Source: Desulfatiglandales bacterium (GTDB lineage Bacteria > Desulfobacterota > DSM-4660 > Desulfatiglandales > Desulfatiglandaceae). From it: a stretch of 64,000 nucleotides of DNA. Shown here one piece after another: positions 1 to 10,925 of this stretch (its first letter is position 1; each line of letters begins with the position of its first letter). The position numbers were made by a program, and so were the translations under genes. The notes below the pieces were generated by a model. That model was given only the letters and a program-made list of their open reading frames with translations, was not told the origin of the DNA and ran no database searches. The stretch spans positions 96,001 through 160,000 of the forward strand of contig OY762721.1 of assembly GCA_963666345.1 (NCBI GenBank), read 5' to 3'.

Positions 1-1
1 A

Positions 2-1564
2 GAAGAAAACACCTTTTCAAAGGCACCCTACTTTACCGAATATGTTCGCAAATATCTTGAGGAAAGATATGGCCGTGATTTCCTCTACAGAGAAGGGCTT
101 AAGGTCTATACTACCCTTGATCTTTCAATGCAGAGGGCCGCAAAAAAGGCCTTAGGAAAAGGACTCCTTGAACTCGATAAAAGAGAAGGTTACAGGGGCC
201 CTCTGAAAAGCCTTTCTATTGAGGAAATCGACGATTATGATGACTGGAGCCATGATGCGGAATCAGGATCCATAGTAAAAGCGCTGGTAGTGAAAGTCGA
301 TGATGCGGCAAATGAAGTAGTTCTGAAATTGGATGACAAGCTGGCTCATCTGGGCCTTGCGAATATGAAATGGGCTAGAAAACCTGACAAGGACATTCCT
401 TACTATGCCGGCAAGGTAAGAATGCCGTCTGCGGTCTTGGACAAAGGAGACCTTGTCCTGGTAAGGATCTTAGAGAAAGGAGCCGGCCCTTTTGCATGGG
501 AGGTCGCACTCGAGCAGTTGCCTGAAATACAGGGTGCACTTTTCTGCGTGGACCCTGAAACCTGTGAAGTAAAGGCGATGGTTGGGGGAAGGGATTTCTA
601 CGAAAGTCAATTCAACAGGGCAGTTCAGTCAAGAAGACAACCCGGTTCGGCTTTTAAGCCATTTATATACTCGGCTGCCCTTGACTGGGGGATGACTCCG
701 GCTACTGTAATACTGGATTCCGCTTTTATAGCGGAACAGGCCGGAAAAGATGAACTCTGGAAGCCCAAGAATTATAAGGAAAAATTTTTCGGACCGACCC
801 TTCTCAGAACCGGCATCATAAAATCAAGGAATGTCATCACGGTAAAGATACTTAAAAAGATCGGGGTCCAATACGCGGTTAAATACGCCAAGGCCATGGG
901 AATAGGGTCGGATTTGAGCCCCAATCTTTCACTCGCCCTTGGTTCTTCCGGGATTTCGCTCATGGAATTGACAAGGGCCTACTCCGTATTCGCAAACGGT
1001 GGTAAGCTGGGCCGGCCTACCTTTATAAGAAGGGTCCTCGACAGAAGCGGCCAGGTTATCGAAGAAAAGCAACCTGAAATTAAAGAGGTTATTTCCGAAG
1101 AAACCGCGGCGGTCATGACCGAGTTATTAAAAGGTGTGATAAGAGAAGGCACAGGCTGGAGGATAAAGGCGTTAAAACGACCTGCGGCAGGTAAAACAGG
1201 CACCACTAACAACCTTTTGGATGCCTGGTTTATGGGTTTTACGCCTGATCTCGTCACCGGCGTCTGGGTGGGATATGATGACCTGAAACCGATGGGAAAG
1301 GGAGAAACCGGATCAAGAGCTGCAAGTCCTATTTGGCTCTATTTCATGGAAAAGGCCCATGAGGGGCGACCTATAAGGGACTTCAAAGTGCCAAAAGGGG
1401 TTGTCTTTGCCAAAATAGATTCAAAGACGGGACTGCTGGCAGCCCCGCACTCGAAAAAGGCTATATTTCAAGCCTTCAGACAGGGCAAAGAACCGAAAGA
1501 ACATTCACCTGAGCCCTATTCTCCAAAGTCCGGTCAATTTCTGCAATACGACATGGGAAATTAA
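2..1564 (+). CDS. mrcA: Penicillin-binding protein 1A (class A PBP), 5' end outside window
   Basis: Frame is open from position 2 (APYFTEYVRKYLEERYG...GLKVYTTLD). Transpeptidase motifs RQPGSAFKP (SxxK), KSRN (SxN) and GKTGT (KTG) are present. Confidence 0.92.
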   Translation, partial: EENTFSKAPYFTEYVRKYLEERYGRDFLYREGLKVYTTLDLSMQRAAKKALGKGLLELDKREGYRGPLKSLSIEEIDDYDDWSHDAESGSIVKALVVKVDDAANEVVLKLDDKLAHLGLANMKWARKPDKDIPYYAGKVRMPSAVLDKGDLVLVRILEKGAGPFAWEVALEQLPEIQGALFCVDPETCEVKAMVGGRDFYESQFNRAVQSRRQPGSAFKPFIYSAALDWGMTPATVILDSAFIAEQAGKDELWKPKNYKEKFFGPTLLRTGIIKSRNVITVKILKKIGVQYAVKYAKAMGIGSDLSPNLSLALGSSGISLMELTRAYSVFANGGKLGRPTFIRRVLDRSGQVIEEKQPEIKEVISEETAAVMTELLKGVIREGTGWRIKALKRPAAGKTGTTNNLLDAWFMGFTPDLVTGVWVGYDDLKPMGKGETGSRAASPIWLYFMEKAHEGRPIRDFKVPKGVVFAKIDSKTGLLAAPHSKKAIFQAFRQGKEPKEHSPEPYSPKSGQFLQYDMGN

Positions 1565-1635
1565 AAGTAAAGGATCCCGGCCCACAGGACCGGGTACTCA
1601 TTTAACCCTGAACTGGACCGGACTTGCATGCCGGA

Positions 1636-2952
1636 TTACTTCAGAGACTCCAGATCCTTAATGGCCTTGTGGACGATGCGGAAAAGATCTTCCACGTCCG
1701 CTTTTTCCAGGCATGAAAAGGCTACCCTCAAATCCGTGCTTCCAAGTGAAATAAGTCCCACTCCATATTTGTCAAGGAGGTGCTGCCTGAGGGGTTCCGC
1801 CTCAACGGTTTTCAGCTTAAGGCACATGAAATAGCCCGAATTAAAGGGATAGGGGTCCCATGCCTCTTTAAATATAGGCGCTGAAAGCACCCGTTTTACC
1901 TCTTGGGCGCGGTCACGCATTATGGCAAATTTCTCCGCCTTCTCCTGTTGGTATGTATTTGATTTAAGTGAGTTGAGTATTATCTCCTGGCTCAGGTGAG
2001 ATGCGTTTGATATTGATCCTCTCACAGCCCCTGCGGTTTTTCTCTCCAGCGCGTCATAGAATTCCGATGGCTCGCCATTCATAACGCAACCATAGGTTAT
2101 AAAACCCACTCTTAAACCCCAGACGTAATTTTCTTTTGTCGCGCCGTCCAATTTTATCGCAAGTAGCCTCTTATTCCTTCCGCACAATGTCGCGAAGATT
2201 GATTCTTTAAGTGTCTCCTTCTCAAAAAACAACCCAAAATAGGCATCATCGGTTAATGCAATTACATTGGTTCCATTTTCAGCTGTATCGTTCAGTATAT
2301 CCGCTATCTTTTCTGCCTCTTCAGGAGTTACGGTGTAGCCGGTGGGATTGTTGGGAAAATTAAGAAGCACTATTATCTTTTTTCTTTGAGAAGCTTCTTT
2401 TTCGATACAATCCTTAAATGCCTGCAGATTAAACCTCCCGTTTTCATCAAATAGCTTGTAGTTGACGATTTGTGCGTCTCTTCTCACTGAAAATATGAGG
2501 TTGTAGTTACCCCAGTTTTTGTCCGGGAGGATAATTGCGTCTTCAGGGTCGATCCACATGTCTGCTGTAACGCTGAGCGCATGTGTAATGGCATTTGTTA
2601 CTATTGGCAGGCTTAAATCCTTTTTTGCAACGGAAGGGTTTTTGACTTTAAGCTCATCCCTCCATGCACTGCGAAGGGCCATGAGGCCGAAAGACGGCGC
2701 ATAGGTAAGAGCCTGGTCAGGAGAGAGGTCTTTTATCATGCTCATAACCGAGGGAAGATACATGGTATGTCCATGCTCGGTTGCCATACCTATGGTTGCG
2801 TTATATTTATAAGCCTTTTCCTTGGCTTCCGCACCCTGAGACAGTATGCCCTTTGGGAAAAAAAGGTTTTTCCCCACCTTTGAAAGCATTTCATAAACAT
2901 GCTTGTTTCCATTTGCAATCTGGTTGTTTAGGCCTTCGGCGATTGGATTCAT
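1636..2952 (-). CDS. PLP-dependent aminotransferase class I/II
   Basis: Motifs NFPNNPTG, DDAY and the PLP-Lys region ATKENYVWGLRVG. Start moved to the ATG at 2952 (MNPIAE), which has a GGAGG RBS. Confidence 0.88.
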   Translation of the reverse strand: MNPIAEGLNNQIANGNKHVYEMLSKVGKNLFFPKGILSQGAEAKEKAYKYNATIGMATEHGHTMYLPSVMSMIKDLSPDQALTYAPSFGLMALRSAWRDELKVKNPSVAKKDLSLPIVTNAITHALSVTADMWIDPEDAIILPDKNWGNYNLIFSVRRDAQIVNYKLFDENGRFNLQAFKDCIEKEASQRKKIIVLLNFPNNPTGYTVTPEEAEKIADILNDTAENGTNVIALTDDAYFGLFFEKETLKESIFATLCGRNKRLLAIKLDGATKENYVWGLRVGFITYGCVMNGEPSEFYDALERKTAGAVRGSISNASHLSQEIILNSLKSNTYQQEKAEKFAIMRDRAQEVKRVLSAPIFKEAWDPYPFNSGYFMCLKLKTVEAEPLRQHLLDKYGVGLISLGSTDLRVAFSCLEKADVEDLFRIVHKAIKDLESLK

Positions 2953-3417
2953 TTTTGACCTCCTATGAGTTCTGATTTGCCGTTCTTTGTAGAATTTGTC
3001 AAGCAGAAAACCGGGCAGCAGCTGGACAGATGTAATGCACGATAAAAATCTTCTAATCAGTTCCATTAAATTCAAAAAAATTACAGTATAAAAAATCTCT
3101 GCGCCCTTGATAAAACTCCTGAATGGGCAGAAGGTTAACAGCACCCGAATCCACCAGTTGATTGAGGCGTCGTCAAGGATGTCTCGGGATTTTGACTTGG
3201 CCATAGACACCTGTAAGATTTCATATGCAAGACGCCGTGTATCGACGACCTAGGCATATGATCTATACGCCTGGGTGGAAGGAGCAAGCGAAGGAAATTC
3301 AGCACTTCAGTTTAACTCACGGCCATGACTAAATTAAATGGGAGAGGGTGTCTTTTCGGTGGCTAAGTTTAATACTATTGGGATTGACACAATTGAGAAT
3401 AAGAGATAAAAAATAAT

Positions 3418-3434
3418 AAGACCGGTCGGTATAT
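3418..3434 (+). promoter_or_regulatory. Putative TetR autoregulatory operator
   Basis: Imperfect palindrome ACCGgtCGGT (3421-3430) between TTGACA (3384-3389) and the TetR start codon. Confidence 0.5.
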
Positions 3435-3455
3435 AAAGGGAGCGCAGGAGTCACC

Positions 3456-4085
3456 ATGGCAGGAAAAGGACTAAGAACAAGGCGAAACATAACTGAACAA
3501 GCACTTCAGCTATTTTCCTTAAAAGGTTATTATAACACATCTATAAGAGACATATTAGAGGCTGCATCCATTACAAAAGGTGGCCTGTACGGACACTTTT
3601 CAAGCAAAGAGGACATCTGGTACGCAGTGTATGATGAAGCGGTCAGGACATGGCGGGACAGGATATTTTCAGGCACCAGGGATTTGTCCGATCCTCTTGA
3701 AAGGATAGAAAAGGTCATCGAAAACCACCTCATAAAGTATCTTGCGGCAGATGTGTTCATAGGAGGATGCTTTTTTGTTAATATGCTGGTTGAAATCTCA
3801 GGTCAATCTGAAAAAATGAGCAGGCACATACTTAAGGGGTTTGTAAGGTTTTCAAGATTGATCAGACTATGGTTCGAAGAGGCTGATCAGAAAAAGATGG
3901 TAAAGGATGGTTTGAATTTCAGAGATATAGCAAATTTTATAATTATCTGCATGAATGGAGCCGCAACTATTTATTCATCGAGCAGGGATCTCGGGATATT
4001 GAATCAGACTCTTGTTCAGCTCAGATTTTATATCGGACAGCTTAGAATCGACAACGGCAAAATCCTTACTGTTCCGAATATCTGA
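3456..4085 (+). CDS. TetR/AcrR family transcriptional regulator
   Basis: N-terminal HTH: GYYNTSIRDILEAASITKGGLYGHFSSKE. Confidence 0.93.
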   Translation: MAGKGLRTRRNITEQALQLFSLKGYYNTSIRDILEAASITKGGLYGHFSSKEDIWYAVYDEAVRTWRDRIFSGTRDLSDPLERIEKVIENHLIKYLAADVFIGGCFFVNMLVEISGQSEKMSRHILKGFVRFSRLIRLWFEEADQKKMVKDGLNFRDIANFIIICMNGAATIYSSSRDLGILNQTLVQLRFYIGQLRIDNGKILTVPNI

Positions 4086-4222
4086 GACACCACATATCTT
4101 ATCCTGATCACCGGAAGAAAACATTTTGAATTCTATTCTTTTTCGTAAAATATTTGCATATTTTTAATGATATATATATGTTCATTTTAAATTTTAAATA
4201 TTTTCATGAAAGGAGCATATAA

Positions 4223-5410
4223 ATGAGTGACGTTGTAATCGTGAGTGCATGCAGGACCGCTATAGGAAATTTTTCAGGTTCATTGAATTCCATACCGGCA
4301 ACTGAGCTTGGAGCGATGGTAATAAACGAATCCCTTTCAAGGGCAGGTATCGAAAAAGATGTCGTCGATGAGGTAATCATGGGTTGCGTGCTCCCCCACG
4401 GACTCGGCCAGAACCCTGCTAGGCAGGCGATGGTAAAGGCAGGACTCCCATGGGGGGTGGGGGCTACGACCATAAACAAGGTCTGTGGCTCCGGACTTAA
4501 GGCGGTGATGATGGCTTCCCAGGCCATTCAGTGCGGTGATGCAGATGTAATTGTTGCAGGAGGCATGGAAAACATGAATCTGTGTCCATATATGCTTCCC
4601 AAGGCAAGGACAGGCTATAGGATGAATAACGGCCAGGTTGTCGACGGGATGGTAACCGATGGACTCTGGGACCATGTAAATGACTTTCATATGGGCATGA
4701 GCGCCGAGCTGGTTTCGGAAAAATATGGTATTTCAAGAGAAGACATGGACAGCTTTGCATTTAATTCATACAAAAAGGCCTTGAAGGCACTGGAGCAGGG
4801 TAAGTTTAAGGAAGAAATCCTTCCTGTGCGGATACCTGTGAGAAAAGGTGACCCTAAGATGTTCGACACCGATGAGATCCCACTCAAAAATGTCGATACC
4901 AGTCTTGAGGCGCTTTCCAAGCTGAGACCCGCTTTTAAAAAAGGAGGCAAGGTGACCGCCGCCAATTCATCAAAGATAAGCGACGGGTCCTCCGCCCTTG
5001 TGGTAATGTCTCGAAGCAGGGCAAAAGAGCTCGGATGCACGCCTCTTGTCAGCGTAGGGGCTCAGGGGGCGGCAGGAGTAGATATGAAATATGTGCTCAT
5101 AGCGCCCATATACTCGATACCCAGTGTGCTTCAAAAGGATGGGCTAAAGGCATCTGATGTGGATCTGCATGAGATAAATGAGGCATTCAGCGCATCTTCT
5201 GAGGCGATAAACAGGGAACTCGGGCTTGACCCTGATAAGGTAAACGTTAAAGGCGGTGCAGTGGCCCTCGGACATCCTATAGGGGCAAGCGGCGCCAGGG
5301 TTCTTACAACCCTAATATATGCCATGAAGGAAAGAGGGGCGGAGATTGGTCAGGCATCTTTGTGTCTTGGCGGAGGTGAGGCTGTAACACTTGTGGTCTA
5401 TAATGAATGA
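4223..5410 (+). CDS. atoB: Acetyl-CoA C-acetyltransferase (thiolase)
   Basis: Motifs NKVCGSG, NEAF, GHPIGASG and SLCLGGG. Confidence 0.92.
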   Translation: MSDVVIVSACRTAIGNFSGSLNSIPATELGAMVINESLSRAGIEKDVVDEVIMGCVLPHGLGQNPARQAMVKAGLPWGVGATTINKVCGSGLKAVMMASQAIQCGDADVIVAGGMENMNLCPYMLPKARTGYRMNNGQVVDGMVTDGLWDHVNDFHMGMSAELVSEKYGISREDMDSFAFNSYKKALKALEQGKFKEEILPVRIPVRKGDPKMFDTDEIPLKNVDTSLEALSKLRPAFKKGGKVTAANSSKISDGSSALVVMSRSRAKELGCTPLVSVGAQGAAGVDMKYVLIAPIYSIPSVLQKDGLKASDVDLHEINEAFSASSEAINRELGLDPDKVNVKGGAVALGHPIGASGARVLTTLIYAMKERGAEIGQASLCLGGGEAVTLVVYNE

Positions 5411-5455
5411 TGAGGTTTGAGTGAAAACCGATTAGATCAAAGAGGAGGCTGAGAG

Positions 5456-6739
5456 ATGGCGGAAGCAGTGATAGTGTCGGTGGTGAGGACGCCTGTTGGT
5501 GTATTTGGAGGCACGCTGAAGACCACGCCTGTGGTTGAGCTTGGTGGTCTGGTGTTGAAGGAGGCGTTAAAGAGGGTGGGGCTGAGGCCTTATGCGACCG
5601 ATGAACTGAGGAGTTACGAGCCTGACGCCTTAAAGGGCAGGGGCATGATAGAGCTTGAAAAGGGCTCATATGATTATGATGATTCTTTTGTACCTGTTGA
5701 GGTGGACGAGGTCATCATGGGCAACGTGGTGGGAGCCGGTCAGGGACAGAACGTTGCCCGTCAGGCCATGATAAGGGCGGGTATAAGCAAGGAGACCTCC
5801 GCCTTTACGGTTAACAAGGTATGTGCTTCCGGGATGAAGGCTGTGGCGCTTGGCTGTCAGGCGATCCGTCATGGTGAGGCTGATGTGGTTCTTGCGGGAG
5901 GCATGGAGAATATGTCTCTTATTCCTTATGCGCTTCCGTCCGCCAGATGGGGAGCCAGGATGAACAATTCCGAGCTTGTGGATCTTATGGTAATGGACGG
6001 GCTCTTTGAGATATTTTACGGATATCACATGGGGATCACGGCCGAGAACATTGCCGAGGCCTATTCGATAAGCAGGCGGGAGCAGGACGAGCTGGGACTT
6101 ATGAGTCATCAGAGGGCGAGAAAGGCGATAACCGGTGGGCTGTTTAAAGATGAGATAGTGCCTGTGGTGATTCCTCAGAGGAAGGGTGATCCTATAGTAT
6201 TTGATACTGATGAACGGCCCATGGACACGAGTATTGAGAAGATGGGCAGGCTCAGGCCGGCCTTTAAGAAAGAGGGCACGGTTACCGCGGGAAACGCGTC
6301 GGGGATAAACGATGCTGCTGCGGCCCTTCTTCTTATGAGTGAGGATAAGGCAAAGGAGCTGGGATTGAAGCCACTTGTAAAGGTGCGTGCGGCTGCAAGT
6401 GCCGCCATAGATCCCGCCTATATGGGGCTTGGTCCGATCCCGGCTGTAAGGAAGGTGCTTGCCTCGGAGGGTTTGACGATAGGGGATTTCGGGGTGGTGG
6501 AGTTAAACGAGGCGTTTGCCTCTCAGGCCATAGCGTGCATGAGGGAGCTTGGTTTGAGTGAAGGCAACACCAATGTATTGGGAAGCGGCATATCGATCGG
6601 TCACCCGATAGGCTGCAGCGGGGCAAGGCTGCTTGTTACGCTTACGTCCCTTATGTTGAGTGGGGGCCATGGTCTTGGTCTTGCCTCTTTGTGCATAGGT
6701 GGAGGCCAGGGCATGGCGACCGTGCTTGAGGCTGTTTGA
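5456..6739 (+). CDS. Second thiolase, with an N-terminal insertion
   Basis: Motifs [20 protein letters not shown] and SLCIGGGQG. An extra segment of about 35 aa precedes VDEVIMG. Confidence 0.92.
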   Translation: MAEAVIVSVVRTPVGVFGGTLKTTPVVELGGLVLKEALKRVGLRPYATDELRSYEPDALKGRGMIELEKGSYDYDDSFVPVEVDEVIMGNVVGAGQGQNVARQAMIRAGISKETSAFTVNKVCASGMKAVALGCQAIRHGEADVVLAGGMENMSLIPYALPSARWGARMNNSELVDLMVMDGLFEIFYGYHMGITAENIAEAYSISRREQDELGLMSHQRARKAITGGLFKDEIVPVVIPQRKGDPIVFDTDERPMDTSIEKMGRLRPAFKKEGTVTAGNASGINDAAAALLLMSEDKAKELGLKPLVKVRAAASAAIDPAYMGLGPIPAVRKVLASEGLTIGDFGVVELNEAFASQAIACMRELGLSEGNTNVLGSGISIGHPIGCSGARLLVTLTSLMLSGGHGLGLASLCIGGGQGMATVLEAV

Positions 6740-6772
6740 GGCAACTTTTTTTTAAGTCGGGGGGTAGTTGAG

Positions 6773-7561
6773 ATGTCCTATGAGACGGTGTTATTTGATA
6801 GGGACGGTGATATCGGGATAATAAGGTTTAACCGTCCCAAGGCCTTGAACGCGATAAATGTTGAGATGCTGGGTGATTTAAACGGTGTGCTTGACGAGGT
6901 TGAAGCTGACGGCACATTCAGGGTGCTTGTGCTGACAGGCGAGGGGGACAAGGCATTTGTCGCAGGGGCCGACATATCGCACATGGTGAATCTGGGCAGT
7001 CTTGAGGCAAGGCGTTTTTCCCGCCAGGGTCACAGGCTTATGGACAGGTTTGAGGCCCTTGCCATACCGGTGATTGCATGTGTGAACGGTTTTGCCCTTG
7101 GAGGCGGTACCGAGATAGCCATGGCCTGTGATTTTATATACGCATCAGAGGGTGCAAGGTTTGGTCAACCGGAGATTAATCTGGGAATCATACCGGGGTT
7201 TGGGGGCACGCAGAGGTTGAGCAGGCTGGTGGGAAAGAACATGGCCAAGGAGCTTTGCATGACCGGGGGGATAATAACGGCTATGGAGGCGGAGCGGATC
7301 GGGCTGGTAAACCGTGTGTTTCCCGCCGACAGGCTGTGGGAGGAGACGATGAAGACCGCAGTTGTTATATGCTCAAAGGGCCGTGTGTCCGTGCGTACGG
7401 TAAAAAGATGCATAGACAGGGGCCTTGATACCGATCTTGCAAGCGGTTGTTATATGGAGTCTGAGGGATTTGCCGTTGTCTTCGCATCTCACGATGCAAA
7501 GGAGGGCATGTCCGCTTTTCTTGAAAAACGAAAACCACAATTCAAAGGAAACCTGGCTTGA
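6773..7561 (+). CDS. crt: Enoyl-CoA hydratase (crotonase)
   Basis: Motifs AFVAGADI, NGFALGGGTE and GQPEINLGIIPGFGGTQRL. Confidence 0.92.
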   Translation: MSYETVLFDRDGDIGIIRFNRPKALNAINVEMLGDLNGVLDEVEADGTFRVLVLTGEGDKAFVAGADISHMVNLGSLEARRFSRQGHRLMDRFEALAIPVIACVNGFALGGGTEIAMACDFIYASEGARFGQPEINLGIIPGFGGTQRLSRLVGKNMAKELCMTGGIITAMEAERIGLVNRVFPADRLWEETMKTAVVICSKGRVSVRTVKRCIDRGLDTDLASGCYMESEGFAVVFASHDAKEGMSAFLEKRKPQFKGNLA

Positions 7562-7665
7562 GAAGTCATTTTTTTTGAAGAGTCGGCCTGATCCGGAATA
7601 GACTAACCGGCTTTTTGCCTTTGATTTTTCAAAATTCAGACTGGAAATCTGAAAGGGGGTGCCCG

Positions 7666-9351
7666 ATGGCGTCGACCTACAGCAAAAAAATCTTTGACGA
7701 CATTAACCAGGGGTACAAAAGATGGAAGAAAAAACTGAAGAAGGCATTTAAATCAAGGCCGCAGCGACTCGATCGGTTTTCCACTGTATCGGATTTTGAG
7801 ATCAAGAGTCTCTACACCCCTCTGGATAACCGTCAGCAGGATTTCATGAGGGATATAGGGCTTCCCGGTGAATACCCCTTTACCCGGGGGGTTCAACCTT
7901 CAATGTACAGAGGCCGCATCTGGACAATGAGGATGTTTGCCGGACTGGGAAACGCGAAGGACACAAACAGACGATTTCACGTCCTTGTCAATGGGGGGCA
8001 GACAGGCCTTTCCACCGCATTTGATATGCCCACGCTGATGGGTTATGACACTGATTCACCCAGGGCAAGAGGTGAGTGCGGAAAATGCGGCGTGGCAATA
8101 GATACCCTCGTTGACATGGAAGACCTTTTCGAAGGTCTGCCCATAGATGCCATTACCACCTCCATGACGATCAATCCTCCTGCTTCGGTAATCTGGGCCA
8201 TGTATATTGCCATGGCTGAAAAAAGGGGAATTGACAGGAAAATGATCGGAGGTACCATCCAGAACGACATGCTCAAGGAATTCATTGCCCAGAAGACATT
8301 CATGTGCCCGCCCGAGCAATCCGTTAGAATTATTACGGACACGGTGGAATTTGGGACCAGACAGGTTCCCAGGTGGAATACCATAAGTATAAGCGGGTAT
8401 CATATAAGAGAGGCAGGTTCAACGGCGGTGCAGGAACTTGCCTTTACCTTGGCTGATGGAATCGCCTATACGGAGGCTGCATTAAAACGGGGACTTGATG
8501 TGGATGATTTTGCACCCAGATTTTCCTTTTTCTTCAACTCCCATATAGATTTTTTTGAGGAGGTTGCAAAATTTCGTGCCGCCAGGCGCATGTGGGCGAA
8601 GATAATGAAGGAAAGATTCAAGGCCAAAGACCCCAGGTCTTGGTGGCTGAGGTTCCATACGCAGACTGCGGGGTGTTCGCTTACGGCGCAGCAGCCATAC
8701 AACAATGTAGTGAGGACTGCCCTTGAGGCCCTTGCCGCGGTAATGGGCGGAACTCAGTCTCTTCATACCAATTCCCTTGACGAGGTCCTTGCGATACCTA
8801 CGGAAGAGGCCGCCATGATAGCCCTCAGGACACAGCAGGTAATTGCGGAAGAATCGGGGGTGGCAAATACCATAGACCCACTGGGAGGTTCTTATTTTGT
8901 GGAGAGGCTGACAAATGAGATGGAAGACGAGGCTTTCGAGATAATCAAAAAGATAGATGACATGGGCGGGATGCTTTCGGCCATTGACCGGAATTATCCC
9001 CAGCAGGAGATCGCCGATGCCGCATATCAATATCAGAGGCAGATAGACAGCAAGGAAAAGTGCGTTGTAGGTGTTAATAAGTACGTTACAGATGATGAAT
9101 TGCTTGTGGATTTTATGGAAATCGATGAAGAGATAGAGAGACTTCAACTGGAAAAGACAAACAGGGTAAAAAACGAAAGAAACCAGGGCAGAACAACCGA
9201 GTGTCTGAATTCTTTAAAAGAGGCCTGTGTTGAAAACAGCAATGTTATGGAGCCGCTTATTGAGGCGGTAAAGTCATATGCCACCCTTCAGGAAGTGTGT
9301 GACGTCTACCGGGAGGTGTTCGGAGAATACAGGGACCCCGGGATATACTGA
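7666..9351 (+). CDS. icmA: AdoCbl-dependent acyl-CoA mutase large subunit, isobutyryl-CoA mutase type
   Basis: Motifs PGEYPFTRG, WTMRMFAG (Phe at the MCM Tyr89 position), QNDMLKEFIAQ (Gln at the MCM Arg207 position) and SISGYHIREAG. Confidence 0.85.
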   Translation: MASTYSKKIFDDINQGYKRWKKKLKKAFKSRPQRLDRFSTVSDFEIKSLYTPLDNRQQDFMRDIGLPGEYPFTRGVQPSMYRGRIWTMRMFAGLGNAKDTNRRFHVLVNGGQTGLSTAFDMPTLMGYDTDSPRARGECGKCGVAIDTLVDMEDLFEGLPIDAITTSMTINPPASVIWAMYIAMAEKRGIDRKMIGGTIQNDMLKEFIAQKTFMCPPEQSVRIITDTVEFGTRQVPRWNTISISGYHIREAGSTAVQELAFTLADGIAYTEAALKRGLDVDDFAPRFSFFFNSHIDFFEEVAKFRAARRMWAKIMKERFKAKDPRSWWLRFHTQTAGCSLTAQQPYNNVVRTALEALAAVMGGTQSLHTNSLDEVLAIPTEEAAMIALRTQQVIAEESGVANTIDPLGGSYFVERLTNEMEDEAFEIIKKIDDMGGMLSAIDRNYPQQEIADAAYQYQRQIDSKEKCVVGVNKYVTDDELLVDFMEIDEEIERLQLEKTNRVKNERNQGRTTECLNSLKEACVENSNVMEPLIEAVKSYATLQEVCDVYREVFGEYRDPGIY

Positions 9352-9426
9352 TGAGTTTTCAAAGTGGTTTCAGCCAGGGCGGATGATTTTTAGGAAATCT
9401 GATGAAAATCTAATGAGGCAATCTAC

Positions 9427-9831
9427 ATGAAACGCAAGAGAAAAATAAGAATAATGGTTGCAAAACCTGGCCTTGACGGGCATGACAGAGGGGCCAGGAT
9501 TATCGCAAGGGCCTACCGCGATGCCGGTTTTGAAGTGGTCTATACCGGACTTCATCAGACACCTGAAGAGATAGTTGAGGCTGCTATCCAGGAAGACGTG
9601 GACATGATAGGGCTGTCCAGTCTGGCAGGCGCGCACAACTATCTGTTTCCCAGGGTTGTTGAACTGTTAAGGGAAAAACAGGCCGATGATATTGTAGTGT
9701 GCGGAGGAGGAATAATCCCGGATGAAGATATAAAAACACTTGAAAGAGGCGGCATAAGAAAGGTGTTCACCCCGGGCTCGTCTCTGGATGAAATTGTCAA
9801 ATGGGTCGAAGATAACGTTGACCCGAGGTAA
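9427..9831 (+). CDS. icmB: Cobalamin-binding small subunit of the acyl-CoA mutase
   Basis: [10 protein letters not shown] (DxHxxG), GLSSL and GGGIIP. Confidence 0.9.
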   Translation: MKRKRKIRIMVAKPGLDGHDRGARIIARAYRDAGFEVVYTGLHQTPEEIVEAAIQEDVDMIGLSSLAGAHNYLFPRVVELLREKQADDIVVCGGGIIPDEDIKTLERGGIRKVFTPGSSLDEIVKWVEDNVDPR

Positions 9832-9838
9832 GAAAAAA

Positions 9839-10807
9839 ATGAAATCGTTGATAGAAAAGATCCTTGCAGGTGACGTGAGAACTGTTGCACGTTTGATAAG
9901 AGATATAGACGACGGCATTCCTGATGTAAGGGAAGTTTTGAAGGAACTCTACCCTTTTACAGGCAAGGCCTATGTCGTTGGAATAACAGGTGCTCCGGGT
10001 GTGGGTAAAAGCACCTTGGTGGACCAGATGGTCGCGCACCTGCGGAAAAGGAAAAAAACCGTGGGGGTCCTTGCAGTGGATCCCACCAGCCCTTTCAGCG
10101 GCGGGGCCATACTGGGAGACAGAATCAGGATGCAACGTCACAGCATGGACCAGGGGGTGTTTATTAGATCCCTTGCCACAAGGGGACATTTCGGTGGGCT
10201 GACTCAGTCCACCCGCAGTGCCATAGATGTGCTCGATGCGATGGGAAAGGACTATGTCCTTGTTGAAACGGTGGGTGTCGGACAGGATGAAGTGGATGTA
10301 ATGAAAAGCGTTCATACAACGGTAATAATGGCAATACCGGGGATGGGAGATGACATACAGGCAATCAAAGCGGGAATCCTGGAGGTAGGTGACATATTTG
10401 TTGTAAACAAGGCCGACAGGGATGGAGTCGATAGGACCGTGAATGACTTGAAACAGATGATAGAAATGGATCAGAGAAGGGGAAGGGAAGGGGGATGGAA
10501 GCCACCGGTTATCAAGGCTCAGGCGGTTTTTGATAAAGGTGTGGAAACTCTGCTTGAACAAATAGACAATCATCAGTCGCATCTGAAGGAAACCGATGGG
10601 GTGATAAACTTCAGGAGAAGGAAAAAGATAATAAGAGAGGAACTTGAGGATATGGTAAAAGGCAGGATCTTTGAAGAGGTCAGCCGGCACCTTATAGAAA
10701 CAGGCGCGTTTGAAGATGCAATAGAATCGGTAATTAACGGGGAAATAGATCCTTATTCAGCCTGTGACAACCTTGTATTACCTGCCCTGCGGATTGAAAC
10801 GGAATAA
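9839..10807 (+). CDS. meaB: MeaB/ArgK G-protein chaperone of the mutase
   Basis: GITGAPGVGKST, DPTSPFSGGAILGDRIRM, ETVGVGQ and NKAD. Confidence 0.93.
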   Translation: MKSLIEKILAGDVRTVARLIRDIDDGIPDVREVLKELYPFTGKAYVVGITGAPGVGKSTLVDQMVAHLRKRKKTVGVLAVDPTSPFSGGAILGDRIRMQRHSMDQGVFIRSLATRGHFGGLTQSTRSAIDVLDAMGKDYVLVETVGVGQDEVDVMKSVHTTVIMAIPGMGDDIQAIKAGILEVGDIFVVNKADRDGVDRTVNDLKQMIEMDQRRGREGGWKPPVIKAQAVFDKGVETLLEQIDNHQSHLKETDGVINFRRRKKIIREELEDMVKGRIFEEVSRHLIETGAFEDAIESVINGEIDPYSACDNLVLPALRIETE

Positions 10808-10925
10808 AGGACGGTTTATCCATGAAAGGGGGGTTGTGTTTCCCGTTAGTCAGCTTTTCTATCATGAAAATCTTCGTGAAAACGACTTTTGTTTGAAATC
10901 CTTAAGAGGAGAATATTTACTGTTA

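Noticed and set aside
2953..3210. N-terminal extension of the aminotransferase in the ORF track
   Set aside because: A GGAGG RBS precedes the ATG at 2952, and the extension looks like AT-rich promoter DNA.
7598..7613. Second TetR-like operator upstream of the mutase (TAGACTAACCGGCT)
   Set aside because: Too weak a match to the 3421 palindrome and not palindromic.
8482..9147. 221-aa minus-strand ORF
   Set aside because: Antisense to the mutase large subunit; no motifs.
9797..10690. 297-aa minus-strand ORF
   Set aside because: Antisense shadow of meaB with no recognisable motif.
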